A DNA stretch of 49,362 bases. It comes from an uncultured Bacillota bacterium (lineage in GTDB: Bacteria > Bacillota_I > Bacilli_A > Izemoplasmatales > UBA1188). Every line of letters begins with the position of its first letter. The stretch's first letter is position 1. The notes under the pieces are model-generated. The model had not been told where the DNA came from. It saw only the letters and a program-made list of their open reading frames with translations, and did no database searches. The position numbers were made by a program, and so were the translations under genes. Location: positions 1-49,362 of the forward strand of contig CALCVH010000018.1 of NCBI GenBank assembly GCA_937907585.1, given 5' to 3'. This document shows positions 21,377-30,707 of this stretch, piece by piece.

Positions 21377-22717
21377 TTATTCTTCTTCTCTACTTTCGTC
21401 CATGTCTATAAAGTTAGTACATGCACCTTTAAATATTAAATCAAAGCTTCCGGTCATACCACTACGGTTTTTAAGAATATCAATTTGAGCTGTTCCAGGT
21501 TTTTCTGATTTTTCTTTAGTATAATATTCATCACGATAAATAGATAATACTAAGTCGGCATCTTGTTCGATTGAACCTGACTCACGAAGGTCTGACATTA
21601 CTGGAATTGATGGATGTCTTGATTCAACTGTACGCGATAGTTGCGCGAGCGCAAGCACAGGAACATTAAGCTCTTTAGCCATCGCTTTTAATATTCTTGA
21701 TATTTCAGATACTTCTTGAGTACGTGAATCATTCTTGTTTGATGAACTTAATAGCTGTAAGTAGTCAATGACTACAAAATCAAGTTTACCTTCGTTTTTC
21801 TTCTTTCTACAGATGCTTCTGACATCCTGAACAGTAGAAACACCACTATCATCAAACATAATGTTATATCCTCTTAAAGTTTCAACTGCGTAATTTATTC
21901 TATTCCAAGCATTTGAATCACTAAAGTGACCAGTTTTTAATTCTTGTTGAGGGATGTTTGATATCTGTGATAACAAACGAATAACAAGGTCGCTTAAGCC
22001 CATTTCTAAAGAAAAGAAGGCTACGTATGGTCTAGATTTTAAAGACGCGACATTACATGCGAGGTTTAACGCAAAAGCTGTTTTACCCATCGCTGGACGT
22101 GCGGCTAAAATTATCAATTGAGTTCCTTGGAAACCGAGAGTTTTATTATTTAATTGATGATATCCAGTATCAAAACCAATGATTTTTGAAGTGATTTGGG
22201 CGTTCTTTTGAATCTTCTCAATAACATCATCTAGAACATTACTGATACCTACTAAGTCTTGAGCGCCTCTATCCTTAGTTACTTCAAACATTCTTTTTTC
22301 AACGTTGTCAATAAAAGACTTATTGTCTTTAATATCTGTATTTGTTTCTTGAATGATATCATTACATAATTTAACGATTGATCTTTGTGTCGCTTTATCT
22401 CTTACAAGTTCAACATACGCATCAACATTAGATGTTGTAGGAACAGCGTCCATTAATCCAAGTATATATTCTGCGCCACCACAATCATTTAATCTACCTC
22501 TGCTGTCTAAATAAGATATTACCGTAGTAGTATCGATAGGCGTTTTCATTTTAAATAGATCGCACATAGCGTCAAATATATATTGATGTCTTAAATAATA
22601 GAAATCGGAAGTTTTTAGTTTATCAACTAAGCTTTTAATAGTTGATTCATCATAAAATACTGAACCAAGTACGGATTGTTCTGCATCAGTATTCGCAAGA
22701 ACTTTCTGGTTTGGCAT
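21377..22717 (-). CDS. dnaB: replicative DNA helicase
   Basis: 446 aa with the N-terminal EQSVLGS motif, Walker A ARPAMGKTAF, Walker B VVIDYLQL and the RES...IEQDAD block. It follows rplI as in Bacillus and Staphylococcus. Confidence 0.95.
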   Translation of the reverse strand: MPNQKVLANTDAEQSVLGSVFYDESTIKSLVDKLKTSDFYYLRHQYIFDAMCDLFKMKTPIDTTTVISYLDSRGRLNDCGGAEYILGLMDAVPTTSNVDAYVELVRDKATQRSIVKLCNDIIQETNTDIKDNKSFIDNVEKRMFEVTKDRGAQDLVGISNVLDDVIEKIQKNAQITSKIIGFDTGYHQLNNKTLGFQGTQLIILAARPAMGKTAFALNLACNVASLKSRPYVAFFSLEMGLSDLVIRLLSQISNIPQQELKTGHFSDSNAWNRINYAVETLRGYNIMFDDSGVSTVQDVRSICRKKKNEGKLDFVVIDYLQLLSSSNKNDSRTQEVSEISRILKAMAKELNVPVLALAQLSRTVESRHPSIPVMSDLRESGSIEQDADLVLSIYRDEYYTKEKSEKPGTAQIDILKNRSGMTGSFDLIFKGACTNFIDMDESREEE

Positions 22718-22720
22718 ACA

Positions 22721-23176
22721 CTAATCCTCCTTTTCTTCTTTAATATCAATTGTTAAATCAGCTTCTACATTTGTATGTAATTTAACTACACATTTGAATG
22801 TTCCAAGAGAATCCATTTTATCTTTTGGTAAAATGATCTTTCTCTTATCTATTTCAATATTGTGTTGTTTCATTAATTCTTCTGAAATCATTTTATTAGA
22901 TACAGATCCGAAGAATTTGCCAGAATCACCAGTTTTAACTTTCACAACGACAGTTAACTTAGATAATATTTCTTTTAATTTAGTTGCGATTTCTAATTCT
23001 TCTTTCTTTTTCTTTTCTTCAGAAGCCTTTTCTTCATTTAACACTGCCATATTCGCAGCGTTAGCTTCTATCGCATCTTTCTTAGTTAATAAGAAATTGG
23101 CGTATCCTGGAGTAACGTCTATAACGTCTCCTTTCTTTCCTTTTCCTTTAACGTCCTTAACTAAAATAACTTTCAT
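22721..23176 (-). CDS. rplI: 50S ribosomal protein L9 (internal start within the long gdpP ORF)
   Basis: The last 151 codons of the 828-aa ORF read [30 protein letters not shown]...[14 protein letters not shown], a full-length L9 with N-domain, long helix and C-domain. The ATG at 23174-23176 is preceded by AAGGA about 10 nt upstream. Confidence 0.85.
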   Translation of the reverse strand: MKVILVKDVKGKGKKGDVIDVTPGYANFLLTKKDAIEANAANMAVLNEEKASEEKKKKEELEIATKLKEILSKLTVVVKVKTGDSGKFFGSVSNKMISEELMKQHNIEIDKRKIILPKDKMDSLGTFKCVVKLHTNVEADLTIDIKEEKED

Positions 23177-25207
23177 ACTGTTATCATCCTTCTTATCTTT
23201 ATCTTTTAATTCTTTAATCACATTAATTAATTCAGATTTAACTTCTTCAATACTCTTATCTTTGATTTGCGCAGCACCCATATTGAAGTGTCCACCACCA
23301 CCAAAGTATTCCATTAAAACGTGGATATTAACTAGACCGTTACTTCTAGCGCTTATACCAACTATATCTTTATCAATTTTACCGATCGCAAATCCCGCAG
23401 ATATATCATCTACTTCAATTAACGCATTAGCGGTCTTCGCTAATGTTTCACGTGCTTGAATTTCATCGTTAGAATATGAGAAGATTGAGAAGTTTTGTTC
23501 AATAATAGTCGCTTTTTCAATATTCTTAATTCTTTCAGTTTGTTCCTTGCTTGATTCACGTGACATCATCTTAGCTTTAAACGCATCAGCGCCACAATCG
23601 ACTAGTACGCTCGCGCTTTGGAATGTTCTTTCAGAAACGTGTACTGAGAATTTCTGAGTATCTATCAACATACCTATAAACATCGCAGTAGCGGCGAATG
23701 GGCTGAATTCAACAGGTTTAGGTACTAATGTTGCGATTTCAGTAACAATTTCTACCGCACTAGATGCACCATGATCAATGAACTGACTATCAGATTCAAT
23801 ATCTAATCTTTCATTTAGTCTATGGTGGTCAATTATAGTAGTAGTTGCTTTATAGTCGTAAACCTTTAAAGATGGAGATAACTTCTTGCTGTGGTGGTCA
23901 GTGATTATTAATAATCTCTTACCAACAAAGAATTTATCTAAATCATCATCAGTGATAATGATGTTGTGAAGTTTAATATATTCAGTGCTTGATGTTTCGA
24001 TAATCTTTTTAACTGTAGAATCTAATTTTTCTTTATCTAGTAATATCTTTGCTGGAGTATTAATAGATTCACAAATTTCGTATAAACCCATCGCAGAACC
24101 GAGCGCATCCGCATCAGTATCCTTATGTGGCATGATTACTACAGATGAAGAATTTTGAATATAGTTAATTAATTTAGCTGCGTATAGTTTAGTAGAGATA
24201 CGGCTTATTCTTTCATAAGATGGAGTATTTCCACCATAAGCGCTCTTAGTTTCACCATTATAGATAATCGCTTGGTTTCCACCTCTTTCTGATGCGAACT
24301 CTAATGCTTTTTCAGCGAAGAAACCTAGAGTTCTATAATCCATTGATCCTGTACCAATACCAATAGATAATGAAATACCAATATTTTCAGATTTAGATAT
24401 TCTATCAGCTTCTTTAAGAATTGAGAAATCATCTTCAATCATCTTATTTAAGTCGATAGCCTTAACAACAAACGCTTGTTTGTTAGTTGAATCTGATAAT
24501 ACGAATGAATCGAATTTCTTACTCCATTCTTTAATCGCATTATAGTATTTTCCAAGCATCTCTGTCTTTTCTTTTAAATCGAAACCGATTAGAGATTCAT
24601 CTAGGTTATCGATTGATATGATAGCGATTGATGGCTTAGATTCTTCAAAAGTGATAAGCGCATTTGTTTCTTCAGTGATATCAAACATATATACTGCTTT
24701 ATCTTGAGCGTTGATACTGCATCTATATGTTTTGTCATAGATTTTAATATCGATGGTCTTATTCTTTCTAATAATCGCAGTGAATAATTCTTTTGATAAA
24801 CTCTTAACATCTTTTCCAAGTAAATCTGTTTGGAATATCTTCTTCGCAAATTCATTTGAGAATACGATATTATAGTGTCTATTGAATATGAATAAACCAA
24901 TTGGTAAATTGCTTGTGATATTTTCGTTGTTCCTAATTAAAGATTGATTTAAATCTTTTTCTATATTTAATTCAGATTGAAGTTTCTTGTTTTCTTTTAA
25001 ACTATGATTAGAGAAAATAATAGCTCCAAATAGGAATGTGATAATTAATCCAAACAAAAATACCGGTCCATAAAAGGTCAAGTAAATAATAGTCGCATCG
25101 CTTATATATTGTTGGATAACTTCTTTTAAATAAAATACATACCCAAGTATGTAACCTATTTGAAATATCAAGAAGATCAGCATTAATATGAACGTTCTTT
25201 TTTTCAT
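22721..25207 (-). CDS. gdpP: GdpP-type cyclic-di-AMP phosphodiesterase (2 TM, PAS-like, degenerate GGDEF, DHH, DHHA1) reading in frame into L9 with no stop codon
   Basis: 828-aa uninterrupted ORF with two N-terminal TM helices, a degenerate GGDEF region (ERGGNQAI), DHH motifs ([11 protein letters not shown]; ITDHH) and DHHA1 GGGGH. The GdpP part ends around ...[13 protein letters not shown] and runs straight into the Met of L9. A GGAGG RBS precedes the 25207 ATG. Confidence 0.85.
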   Translation of the reverse strand: MKKRTFILMLIFLIFQIGYILGYVFYLKEVIQQYISDATIIYLTFYGPVFLFGLIITFLFGAIIFSNHSLKENKKLQSELNIEKDLNQSLIRNNENITSNLPIGLFIFNRHYNIVFSNEFAKKIFQTDLLGKDVKSLSKELFTAIIRKNKTIDIKIYDKTYRCSINAQDKAVYMFDITEETNALITFEESKPSIAIISIDNLDESLIGFDLKEKTEMLGKYYNAIKEWSKKFDSFVLSDSTNKQAFVVKAIDLNKMIEDDFSILKEADRISKSENIGISLSIGIGTGSMDYRTLGFFAEKALEFASERGGNQAIIYNGETKSAYGGNTPSYERISRISTKLYAAKLINYIQNSSSVVIMPHKDTDADALGSAMGLYEICESINTPAKILLDKEKLDSTVKKIIETSSTEYIKLHNIIITDDDLDKFFVGKRLLIITDHHSKKLSPSLKVYDYKATTTIIDHHRLNERLDIESDSQFIDHGASSAVEIVTEIATLVPKPVEFSPFAATAMFIGMLIDTQKFSVHVSERTFQSASVLVDCGADAFKAKMMSRESSKEQTERIKNIEKATIIEQNFSIFSYSNDEIQARETLAKTANALIEVDDISAGFAIGKIDKDIVGISARSNGLVNIHVLMEYFGGGGHFNMGAAQIKDKSIEEVKSELINVIKELKDKDKKDDNSMKVILVKDVKGKGKKGDVIDVTPGYANFLLTKKDAIEANAANMAVLNEEKASEEKKKKEELEIATKLKEILSKLTVVVKVKTGDSGKFFGSVSNKMISEELMKQHNIEIDKRKIILPKDKMDSLGTFKCVVKLHTNVEADLTIDIKEEKED

Positions 25208-25240
25208 ATTGCGAATTCCTCCTTGTATAATATAATATCA

Positions 25241-25275
25241 AAAAAATAAATAAAAAACAATCCATAAGGATTGTT
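25241..25275 (-). terminator. intrinsic terminator after the lipase-like lipoprotein gene
   Basis: The stem aacaatcc/ggattgtt (25256-25263 and 25268-25275) has loop ataa and a long T-rich run on the minus strand. Confidence 0.6.
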
Positions 25276-25393
25276 ATAGTATAAATATCTCAATTTTTTA
25301 GGTACGTTATATAACCAATTTGTAGAAAATTTTTAATAATGTATTATTAATTCACAACTTATTATATCACATTTTTAACTCATTAAACTATTT

Positions 25394-27172
25394 TTAATCA
25401 GCCATGATATAGTTACTAACTAAAATGTAACTACATAAAGAATCGTGATGGAATCCAAGTCTTGAAATTGAATCTAGGTTTTTAGTTGAGAAATATCTAA
25501 CTAAAACAGTTGATACTAATCCATTCGCAGGTCCAAATATTAACTGTGATAAATCATCACATGTGCTTCTTAATTTTTCATCATCATATTTAAAACCGTC
25601 TAATTCAATTATGGGTTTAACCATATTATATATTTTACCTTCTCCTTTTAAATTAAAGAATTTAGATAAACTATTTACTTCTTTTTGGAATGTATTCATG
25701 ATTGATACAATGGTTTCATCTTTTAATGAAAAGAATAATTCAATAAAATACATTGATGATGTTTGATAGTTTTCATAGAATTCTTCTTTAGTAGATAAGG
25801 TTTTATAACTACTTTCTGCTTTCTTTGTTAGAGTTGATATTATATATTCAGTTCTTTCAATTTCATTTGTGTAGTTTGAACTATAAACATCGAATTCAGG
25901 AATAGATAAATTAGAATTGAACATTTTAATGTAATAATCAACATTACTATCATAGATACTACAGTCTATTCCAGCTCTTTCATTTCCATAAGATTCTGGA
26001 AGTATTTGTGTAACTATATCAGCGTTATTTACCATATTGAATATATACGGGTATGCATTATCATCTATAACTGAACCTCTAGGAGCTTCAAAAGTATATA
26101 CATAAATATTGTCTTTATCTATAAAATCATATTCACTTATTAACATCTTCCCAACGATATTCGCAACTGCGCCAGCTCTTGAATAACCAGTTACTAATAC
26201 CTTAACTTTTTTATCCTTATAATAAGCATCAATATAATTTTTTAATGAATCAATAACTTCAATAGATCTATCATTAAACGCTTTATGATATGGTTCATTA
26301 CCGATATTGAAATTATCTATAAATTCCATTCCATAATGGAATCCATTAATTGATATATTTATCATTTCAAAATCATCTATTGTTCTATGAGAAAAACAAT
26401 ATGCGACCTCTTCTATTTTATCAGTATCATAAGTATCTGAATAATAAGGATTATCAAAACCAGATTTTGTATTAAATACACCAATAGTAGATTTATTTCT
26501 ATTTGTAATACTGCTTCCAAGAGCGTAAAGACATAATTCTTTATTAAAAACTGTGTTAGGTTTTAAGAAGAAGCTATCTCTATATGGAATATCAACCATT
26601 TCTTTGCCTTCTATAAAGATACTTCCTATATCAACTTTAATGGATGTTAATTTATCATTATTCCATTTAGAATTAATCACATAATCTTTATAGATTGGGG
26701 TGCTGAAATCAAAATCCCAGCCATCAAAATATAATGTCTCATTATTTATAGTATATTCAACAGGGAATTTAGGTGGATTAATAACTCTAATTCCGTTTGG
26801 CACAACAACCTTATAATATTCTTTATTATCTCCATCCAAAAACGTTACTATGTGCTTATCCCACATAGCGTATAGCTTATAATCACCATCAATAGTTGTT
26901 TCATTATTCACCATTTGAGCGTCTTTATTTAGTTCTTTAAACCATCCAATAAACTTTCTTCCTATCTTAGTTGGTGTAGGTAATTCAACATTATCCCCTT
27001 TATTAACATAGATGATATTTTCATCTAAAGATCCACCATTCGCATCTAGTTCAATAGTATACTGGTCTATTTTAGTAGTACTAATAGATGTTGTATCTTT
27101 ACTACAAGAAACTAAGAATACTAAAATAGTAATAATGAATACAATGTTTATTATTGGTAAGTATTTTTTCAT
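25394..27172 (-). CDS. lipoprotein with two InlB-B/Flg_new-type repeats and a class-3-lipase-like alpha/beta hydrolase domain
   Basis: The signal peptide has the lipobox LVSC. Two repeats of about 70 aa fit the Listeria-Bacteroides repeat pattern (LDANGGSL...GxxxxLPxPTKxGxxFxGWF). A nucleophile elbow follows (VTGYSRAGAVA, GxSxG-like). Confidence 0.8.
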   Translation of the reverse strand: MKKYLPIINIVFIITILVFLVSCSKDTTSISTTKIDQYTIELDANGGSLDENIIYVNKGDNVELPTPTKIGRKFIGWFKELNKDAQMVNNETTIDGDYKLYAMWDKHIVTFLDGDNKEYYKVVVPNGIRVINPPKFPVEYTINNETLYFDGWDFDFSTPIYKDYVINSKWNNDKLTSIKVDIGSIFIEGKEMVDIPYRDSFFLKPNTVFNKELCLYALGSSITNRNKSTIGVFNTKSGFDNPYYSDTYDTDKIEEVAYCFSHRTIDDFEMINISINGFHYGMEFIDNFNIGNEPYHKAFNDRSIEVIDSLKNYIDAYYKDKKVKVLVTGYSRAGAVANIVGKMLISEYDFIDKDNIYVYTFEAPRGSVIDDNAYPYIFNMVNNADIVTQILPESYGNERAGIDCSIYDSNVDYYIKMFNSNLSIPEFDVYSSNYTNEIERTEYIISTLTKKAESSYKTLSTKEEFYENYQTSSMYFIELFFSLKDETIVSIMNTFQKEVNSLSKFFNLKGEGKIYNMVKPIIELDGFKYDDEKLRSTCDDLSQLIFGPANGLVSTVLVRYFSTKNLDSISRLGFHHDSLCSYILVSNYIMAD

Positions 27173-27206
27173 ATATTCATATCCTAAATTTAATATATTT
27201 ATGATT

Positions 27207-27785
27207 CTACTTTAAAACACTTCTTATTACTCTTGATACTTCTAATGCACACTTTTTATATCCTTCTATAGTTAAATGAAGAGAATCGCTACATTTATAA
27301 TGTCTTTTCTCTTTATCGTATAGAAGAGAATATAAATCATCAACCAACACATTTTCTTCTTTCATTAGCTTTAATGCAGCTTCATTATATTCTTTTACCC
27401 ACGCATCTTTATAATTAATCATTTCAAAACCTTCAGTTTCTACATCTGTATCATATATTGGTGTAGTGGTAGCGAATATAGGAATAGCCCCAGTAGATCT
27501 AATTAGGTTTATTAATCTTTTTAGATTATGGATATAGTCTTCAATTGGAACTTCTCTTTCTCTATTTGGTCCTTCATTATTCATATCCCAATATCCGTTA
27601 TTAAAATGAACTACATCAAATGGACCATGTAAATTGTTTTGTATATTAAACATCCATATTGTATATGAAGAGAATCTTCCATTATCATCTGGGTCATATA
27701 CTACTTCATATTCTTTTAATTCCTCTTTAACAAAGTCATCGTATCCCATTCTAATAGAATCGCCTAATAGTAATATCTTTTTCAT
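27207..27785 (-). CDS. SGNH/GDSL-family hydrolase (cytoplasmic esterase)
   Basis: 192 aa with block I LLLGDSI, block III FNNGYWD and block V SDSLHLT. No signal peptide. It lies 34 nt upstream of the lipoprotein gene on the same strand. Confidence 0.8.
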   Translation of the reverse strand: MKKILLLGDSIRMGYDDFVKEELKEYEVVYDPDDNGRFSSYTIWMFNIQNNLHGPFDVVHFNNGYWDMNNEGPNREREVPIEDYIHNLKRLINLIRSTGAIPIFATTTPIYDTDVETEGFEMINYKDAWVKEYNEAALKLMKEENVLVDDLYSLLYDKEKRHYKCSDSLHLTIEGYKKCALEVSRVIRSVLK

Positions 27786-27870
27786 CCTTTAATCCACCAT
27801 TTGTTATTATTAATTTTATTATATCATTCAAGGAATTATTATAAAATAATAATTTTGAAAACAATAAAAA

Positions 27871-27946
27871 TTGAAAAGCGTAAAAATAATATTAGTTTTT
27901 TGTTTGAAAAGCGTAAAAAATAGCGTATAATATAGATTGAAAAGCG
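27871..27946 (+). repeat. three phased direct repeats of TTGAAAAGCG (two extended to 16 nt)
   Basis: ttgaaaagcgtaaaaa occurs at 27871-27886 and again at 27904-27919, and ttgaaaagcg at 27937-27946. Start-to-start spacing is exactly 33 bp both times. Confidence 0.85.
27904..27931 (+). promoter_or_regulatory. near-consensus sigma-A promoter for the AAA/DUF4143 gene
   Basis: TTGAAA (27904-27909), a 16-nt spacer, then TATAAT (27926-27931). A GGAGG RBS sits at 27946-27950 and the ATG at 27957. Confidence 0.55.
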
Positions 27947-27956
27947 GAGGAAAGTT

Positions 27957-29270
27957 ATGTATAGAAAGATTTCTAAGTATATAGAAGAGTATTTGACTAG
28001 CGATGAAAAAAAGATATTATGTATCGATGGCGCAAGACAAGTTGGGAAATCATATATAATTAGAGAACTCGCAAAAAAACATTTTGAAAACTACATTGAA
28101 CTAAATATGGCTAATGACAAAGTTGGTGATAGATTGTTCGCTAATGTAAATACAATTGAAAAATTTTATATTGAAGCTAGTGTAGTCGGTGGTGATAAAT
28201 TAAAGGACAGAGATAATACTATTATTTTTATAGACGAGATTCAAGAATATCCTCAATTATTAACATTATTAAAGCCTTTAAGAGAAGACAACAGATATAA
28301 ATATATATGTAGTGGATCTGAATTAGGAATAGCTTTATCCAACACAACTTTAACTCCTATGGGCTCAATAATTAAAAAGAAAATGTATCCAATGGATTTT
28401 GAGGAATTTTTAATTGCGAACTCTGTTGGCGAACTAGTGATTGAACATATGAAAAAATGCTTTAACACTGGAGAATCACTAGATGAATCATTACATAATA
28501 AAATTTTGTATTTATTCAAAACGTATTTATATGTTGGCGGAATGCCGGATGCTGTAAAGAGTTATGTTGAAACTAAGAATATTGTTAAAATTAGAGAAAT
28601 TCAAAAAGATATAATAGATTTATACTTAGAAGACGCAACTAAATATGATAAAGAACATAAACTAGTTATAGAAAGAATTTATAGGATGATTCCATCTAAC
28701 ATAGAAAACAAGGTTAAACGAATACAATATAAAGATATTGAAAAAATCGATGATGTTAGATTTACTAGATATTCTAATGAATTTGAATACTTAATATCTT
28801 CAGGGATTGCGTTAGATACTAAAGCAGTTAGTGAACCTAAATTCCCTTTAGTTCAATCTAGTAGTAAAAACTTAATCAAGTTATATATTAACGATGTTGG
28901 CTTATTAACAAGCATTTTATATAAAAATAATATAAGTTCAGTGCTAGATGACGCTACAGGAGTGAATCTTGGCGCTGTATATGAAACAGTAGTTGCTCAA
29001 GAATTAAAATGTCATGAACACGATTTGTATTACTATGATAGAAGAAAAGTTGGCGAAGTGGATTATTTAATTGATGATTATGATTCATTGAATGTTCTTC
29101 CAATAGAAATTAAATCTGGAAAAGATTATAAGAATTATAGAGCGTTACCTAAATTACTGTTAGATCAAAATTACAAAATGTCAAAGGGATATGTTTTTAG
29201 TAATGAAAGAAAAGTGACAGTAGATGGTAAGATAAAATATTTTCCAATTTATTTTGTAATGTTCTTATAG
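27957..29270 (+). CDS. AAA-family ATPase with a DUF4143-type C-terminal domain (PD-(D/E)xK-like)
   Basis: 437 aa with Walker A GARQVGKS, Walker B IIFIDEIQ, and a C-terminal GEVDYLI...PIEIKSGK resembling a D...ExK nuclease-fold motif. It is monocistronic with its own promoter, a GGAGG RBS and a terminator. Confidence 0.8.
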   Translation: MYRKISKYIEEYLTSDEKKILCIDGARQVGKSYIIRELAKKHFENYIELNMANDKVGDRLFANVNTIEKFYIEASVVGGDKLKDRDNTIIFIDEIQEYPQLLTLLKPLREDNRYKYICSGSELGIALSNTTLTPMGSIIKKKMYPMDFEEFLIANSVGELVIEHMKKCFNTGESLDESLHNKILYLFKTYLYVGGMPDAVKSYVETKNIVKIREIQKDIIDLYLEDATKYDKEHKLVIERIYRMIPSNIENKVKRIQYKDIEKIDDVRFTRYSNEFEYLISSGIALDTKAVSEPKFPLVQSSSKNLIKLYINDVGLLTSILYKNNISSVLDDATGVNLGAVYETVVAQELKCHEHDLYYYDRRKVGEVDYLIDDYDSLNVLPIEIKSGKDYKNYRALPKLLLDQNYKMSKGYVFSNERKVTVDGKIKYFPIYFVMFL

Positions 29271-29283
29271 AAATAATGATTCT

Positions 29284-29319
29284 AATAATAACGGGCACCG
29301 TTTGGTGTCCGTTATTATT
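29284..29319. terminator. bidirectional intrinsic terminator between the convergent AAA-ATPase and XRE-TPR genes
   Basis: The 16-nt arms aataataacgggcacc / ggtgtccgttattatt have one G-T position and loop gttt, with A/T runs on both sides. The right arm covers the XRE gene stop codon. Confidence 0.75.
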
Positions 29320-30382
29320 TTATTGTATTAAGTAATTTGTTCTTCTTTTCTAGCGCTTCAATTACTGTTGATTCGTCATCGCTCATTTTCCACTCTTCTT
29401 TGTATAAAGCTAATAAACGATCATATGTTTCGATCTCTTTTTTAGTATCACCAATGATATCATAAATATCTATAATACTTAATAATTCATCGCTATAACT
29501 TGGAATTCTTGTTCTTTTATTAAAAGATTCTTCATAAAGATTTATCGCTTTTACATATTCACCTTTTTTAGTGTAATATTGAGCCATCTCAAACATAAAT
29601 GCCGATTCATCTTTGTAAGTTTTTGCTAGATTATTCATTATTGCATCGGCTTCTTTTTCATTGAATTTAGCTAGTTCTATTTCAGCACGATAAGCTTCAG
29701 TAATAATTACCATATTTGGTTTTAGTTCTTTTTCTTTATCTTTATATAATTCTTTTAATTTATTAAGATATAACGTTGCTTCATCTGTACGATGGTCAGC
29801 GATAAGATTCCAAATGATATGATGGTAAGGTTCTATAACATTAGGATTGTTATTTATTAATTCTTTATAGAATTTAATAATACCATTATGATTACTAATA
29901 TCCCAGTCCCAACAAGATCCTGCTTCTGCTTTATTAACCATCCATTGAGCGTTTTCTCTTTCGCCTGGATTAAGTTTAATTGCCTCTCTTCCATATTTAC
30001 TGATCTTTCTAGAATCGCTTTCTAATCTATGAGTATATAGGTAAGCCAGTAAATAGTTTATTTTTTGAACTTGATTTTTTTCATTTAATTGTGATTTTAA
30101 GAATGTTTCTATATCTTCAAAATCACGTGATGATAATTCTAACTCAATATCTAGTTTATTTTCTATTCTATCTAATTTTTGTTCTATTGATAAATCGAAT
30201 AAATCGTCAATTGTAACTCCAAAAGTTTCAGATAAGATAGGCAATAAACTGATATCCGGTGTTGTAACATCATTTTCCCATTTTGATACTGCTTGAGGCG
30301 ATACTCCAATTTTGTTTGCAAGTTCATCTTGAGTATATCCACATTTTGTTCTTAGTTGTTTAATCTTGTTTGCTAGCTGCAT
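29315..30382 (-). CDS. XRE-family HTH transcriptional regulator with a C-terminal TPR-like domain
   Basis: The HTH_3 N-terminus reads IKQLRTKCGYTQDELANKIGVSPQAVSKWEND, followed by about 280 aa of helical TPR-like repeats (e.g. MAQYYTKKGEYVKAINLYEESF). I place the start at the ATG at 30382, preceded by AAAGGAG. The 33-codon upstream extension in the ORF track has no RBS. Confidence 0.85.
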   Translation of the reverse strand: MQLANKIKQLRTKCGYTQDELANKIGVSPQAVSKWENDVTTPDISLLPILSETFGVTIDDLFDLSIEQKLDRIENKLDIELELSSRDFEDIETFLKSQLNEKNQVQKINYLLAYLYTHRLESDSRKISKYGREAIKLNPGERENAQWMVNKAEAGSCWDWDISNHNGIIKFYKELINNNPNVIEPYHHIIWNLIADHRTDEATLYLNKLKELYKDKEKELKPNMVIITEAYRAEIELAKFNEKEADAIMNNLAKTYKDESAFMFEMAQYYTKKGEYVKAINLYEESFNKRTRIPSYSDELLSIIDIYDIIGDTKKEIETYDRLLALYKEEWKMSDDESTVIEALEKKNKLLNTIK

Positions 30383-30404
30383 AATAATCTCCTTTTCTAG
30401 CTCA

Positions 30405-30433
30405 ATTTTAACAAATAGATAAATAATAAACAA
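30405..30433 (-). promoter_or_regulatory. putative promoter of the XRE-TPR regulator gene
   Basis: The minus strand reads TTGTTT (30428-30433), a 17-nt spacer, then TAAAAT (30405-30410), about 20 nt upstream of the AAAGGAG RBS. Confidence 0.35.
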
Positions 30434-30478
30434 TAACTTAAAAAGATACTTAAATAACCAATTAGTTGAGTTATTGTT
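30429..30478. promoter_or_regulatory. 10-bp perfect inverted repeat (candidate operator) in the divergent XRE / small-membrane-protein region
   Basis: aacaataact (30429-30438) and agttattgtt (30469-30478) are separated by 30 nt. The left arm overlaps the putative -35 of the regulator gene. Confidence 0.4.
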
Positions 30479-30707
30479 CAATAAAACATACTATAGATTA
30501 TGCTCTATAACACCAATTCTTATATTATCATTATGCAACTTAAATATAATATTTCAAATATTAATATTACAACTCTATTTTTACTATATTTATACCAAAA
30601 AATAATAGATACCTTAAATTCCTAAACATAATTTCATAACAAATAAAAAATAATTATTTAATATTTTTATAATTATTATATAATTAGATATGAAGGAGGA
30701 CTCTTTT

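Noticed and set aside
25276-25393. A possible extended -10 promoter (TGaTATAAT on the minus strand, around 25355-25365) followed by the hairpin at 25256-25275, considered as a riboswitch- or attenuator-type leader for gdpP-rplI-dnaB.
   Set aside because: The hairpin is explained more simply as the terminator of the upstream lipoprotein gene. The roughly 90-nt segment shows no alternative anti-terminator pairing or conserved riboswitch-like motifs that I could see, and promoter-like hexamers are frequent in this AT-rich DNA.
27871-27946. Regularly spaced direct repeats, considered as a mini CRISPR array.
   Set aside because: There are only three copies of a 10-16-nt unit, the spacers are 17-23 nt, the middle repeat is itself a promoter -35 element, and no cas genes are nearby. 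I treat them as regulatory repeats instead.
30383-30481. The 33-codon N-terminal extension of the XRE-TPR ORF (MNNNSTNWLFKYLFKLLFIIYLFVKIELEKEII).
   Set aside because: There is no RBS at 30481, whereas AAAGGAG sits at ideal spacing before the ATG at 30382, which begins a canonical HTH_3 N-terminus. The extension would also lie upstream of the most plausible promoter.
30499-30630. Small + strand ORFs in the XRE / small-protein divergent region (43 aa from the first ATG, or the 32-aa MQLKYNISNINITTLFLLYLYQKIIDTLNS), considered as RRNPP-type pro-peptides.
   Set aside because: Neither ATG has a Shine-Dalgarno sequence, and there is no signal-peptide-like or SHP/PapR-like organisation. ORFs of this size are expected by chance in AT-rich DNA.
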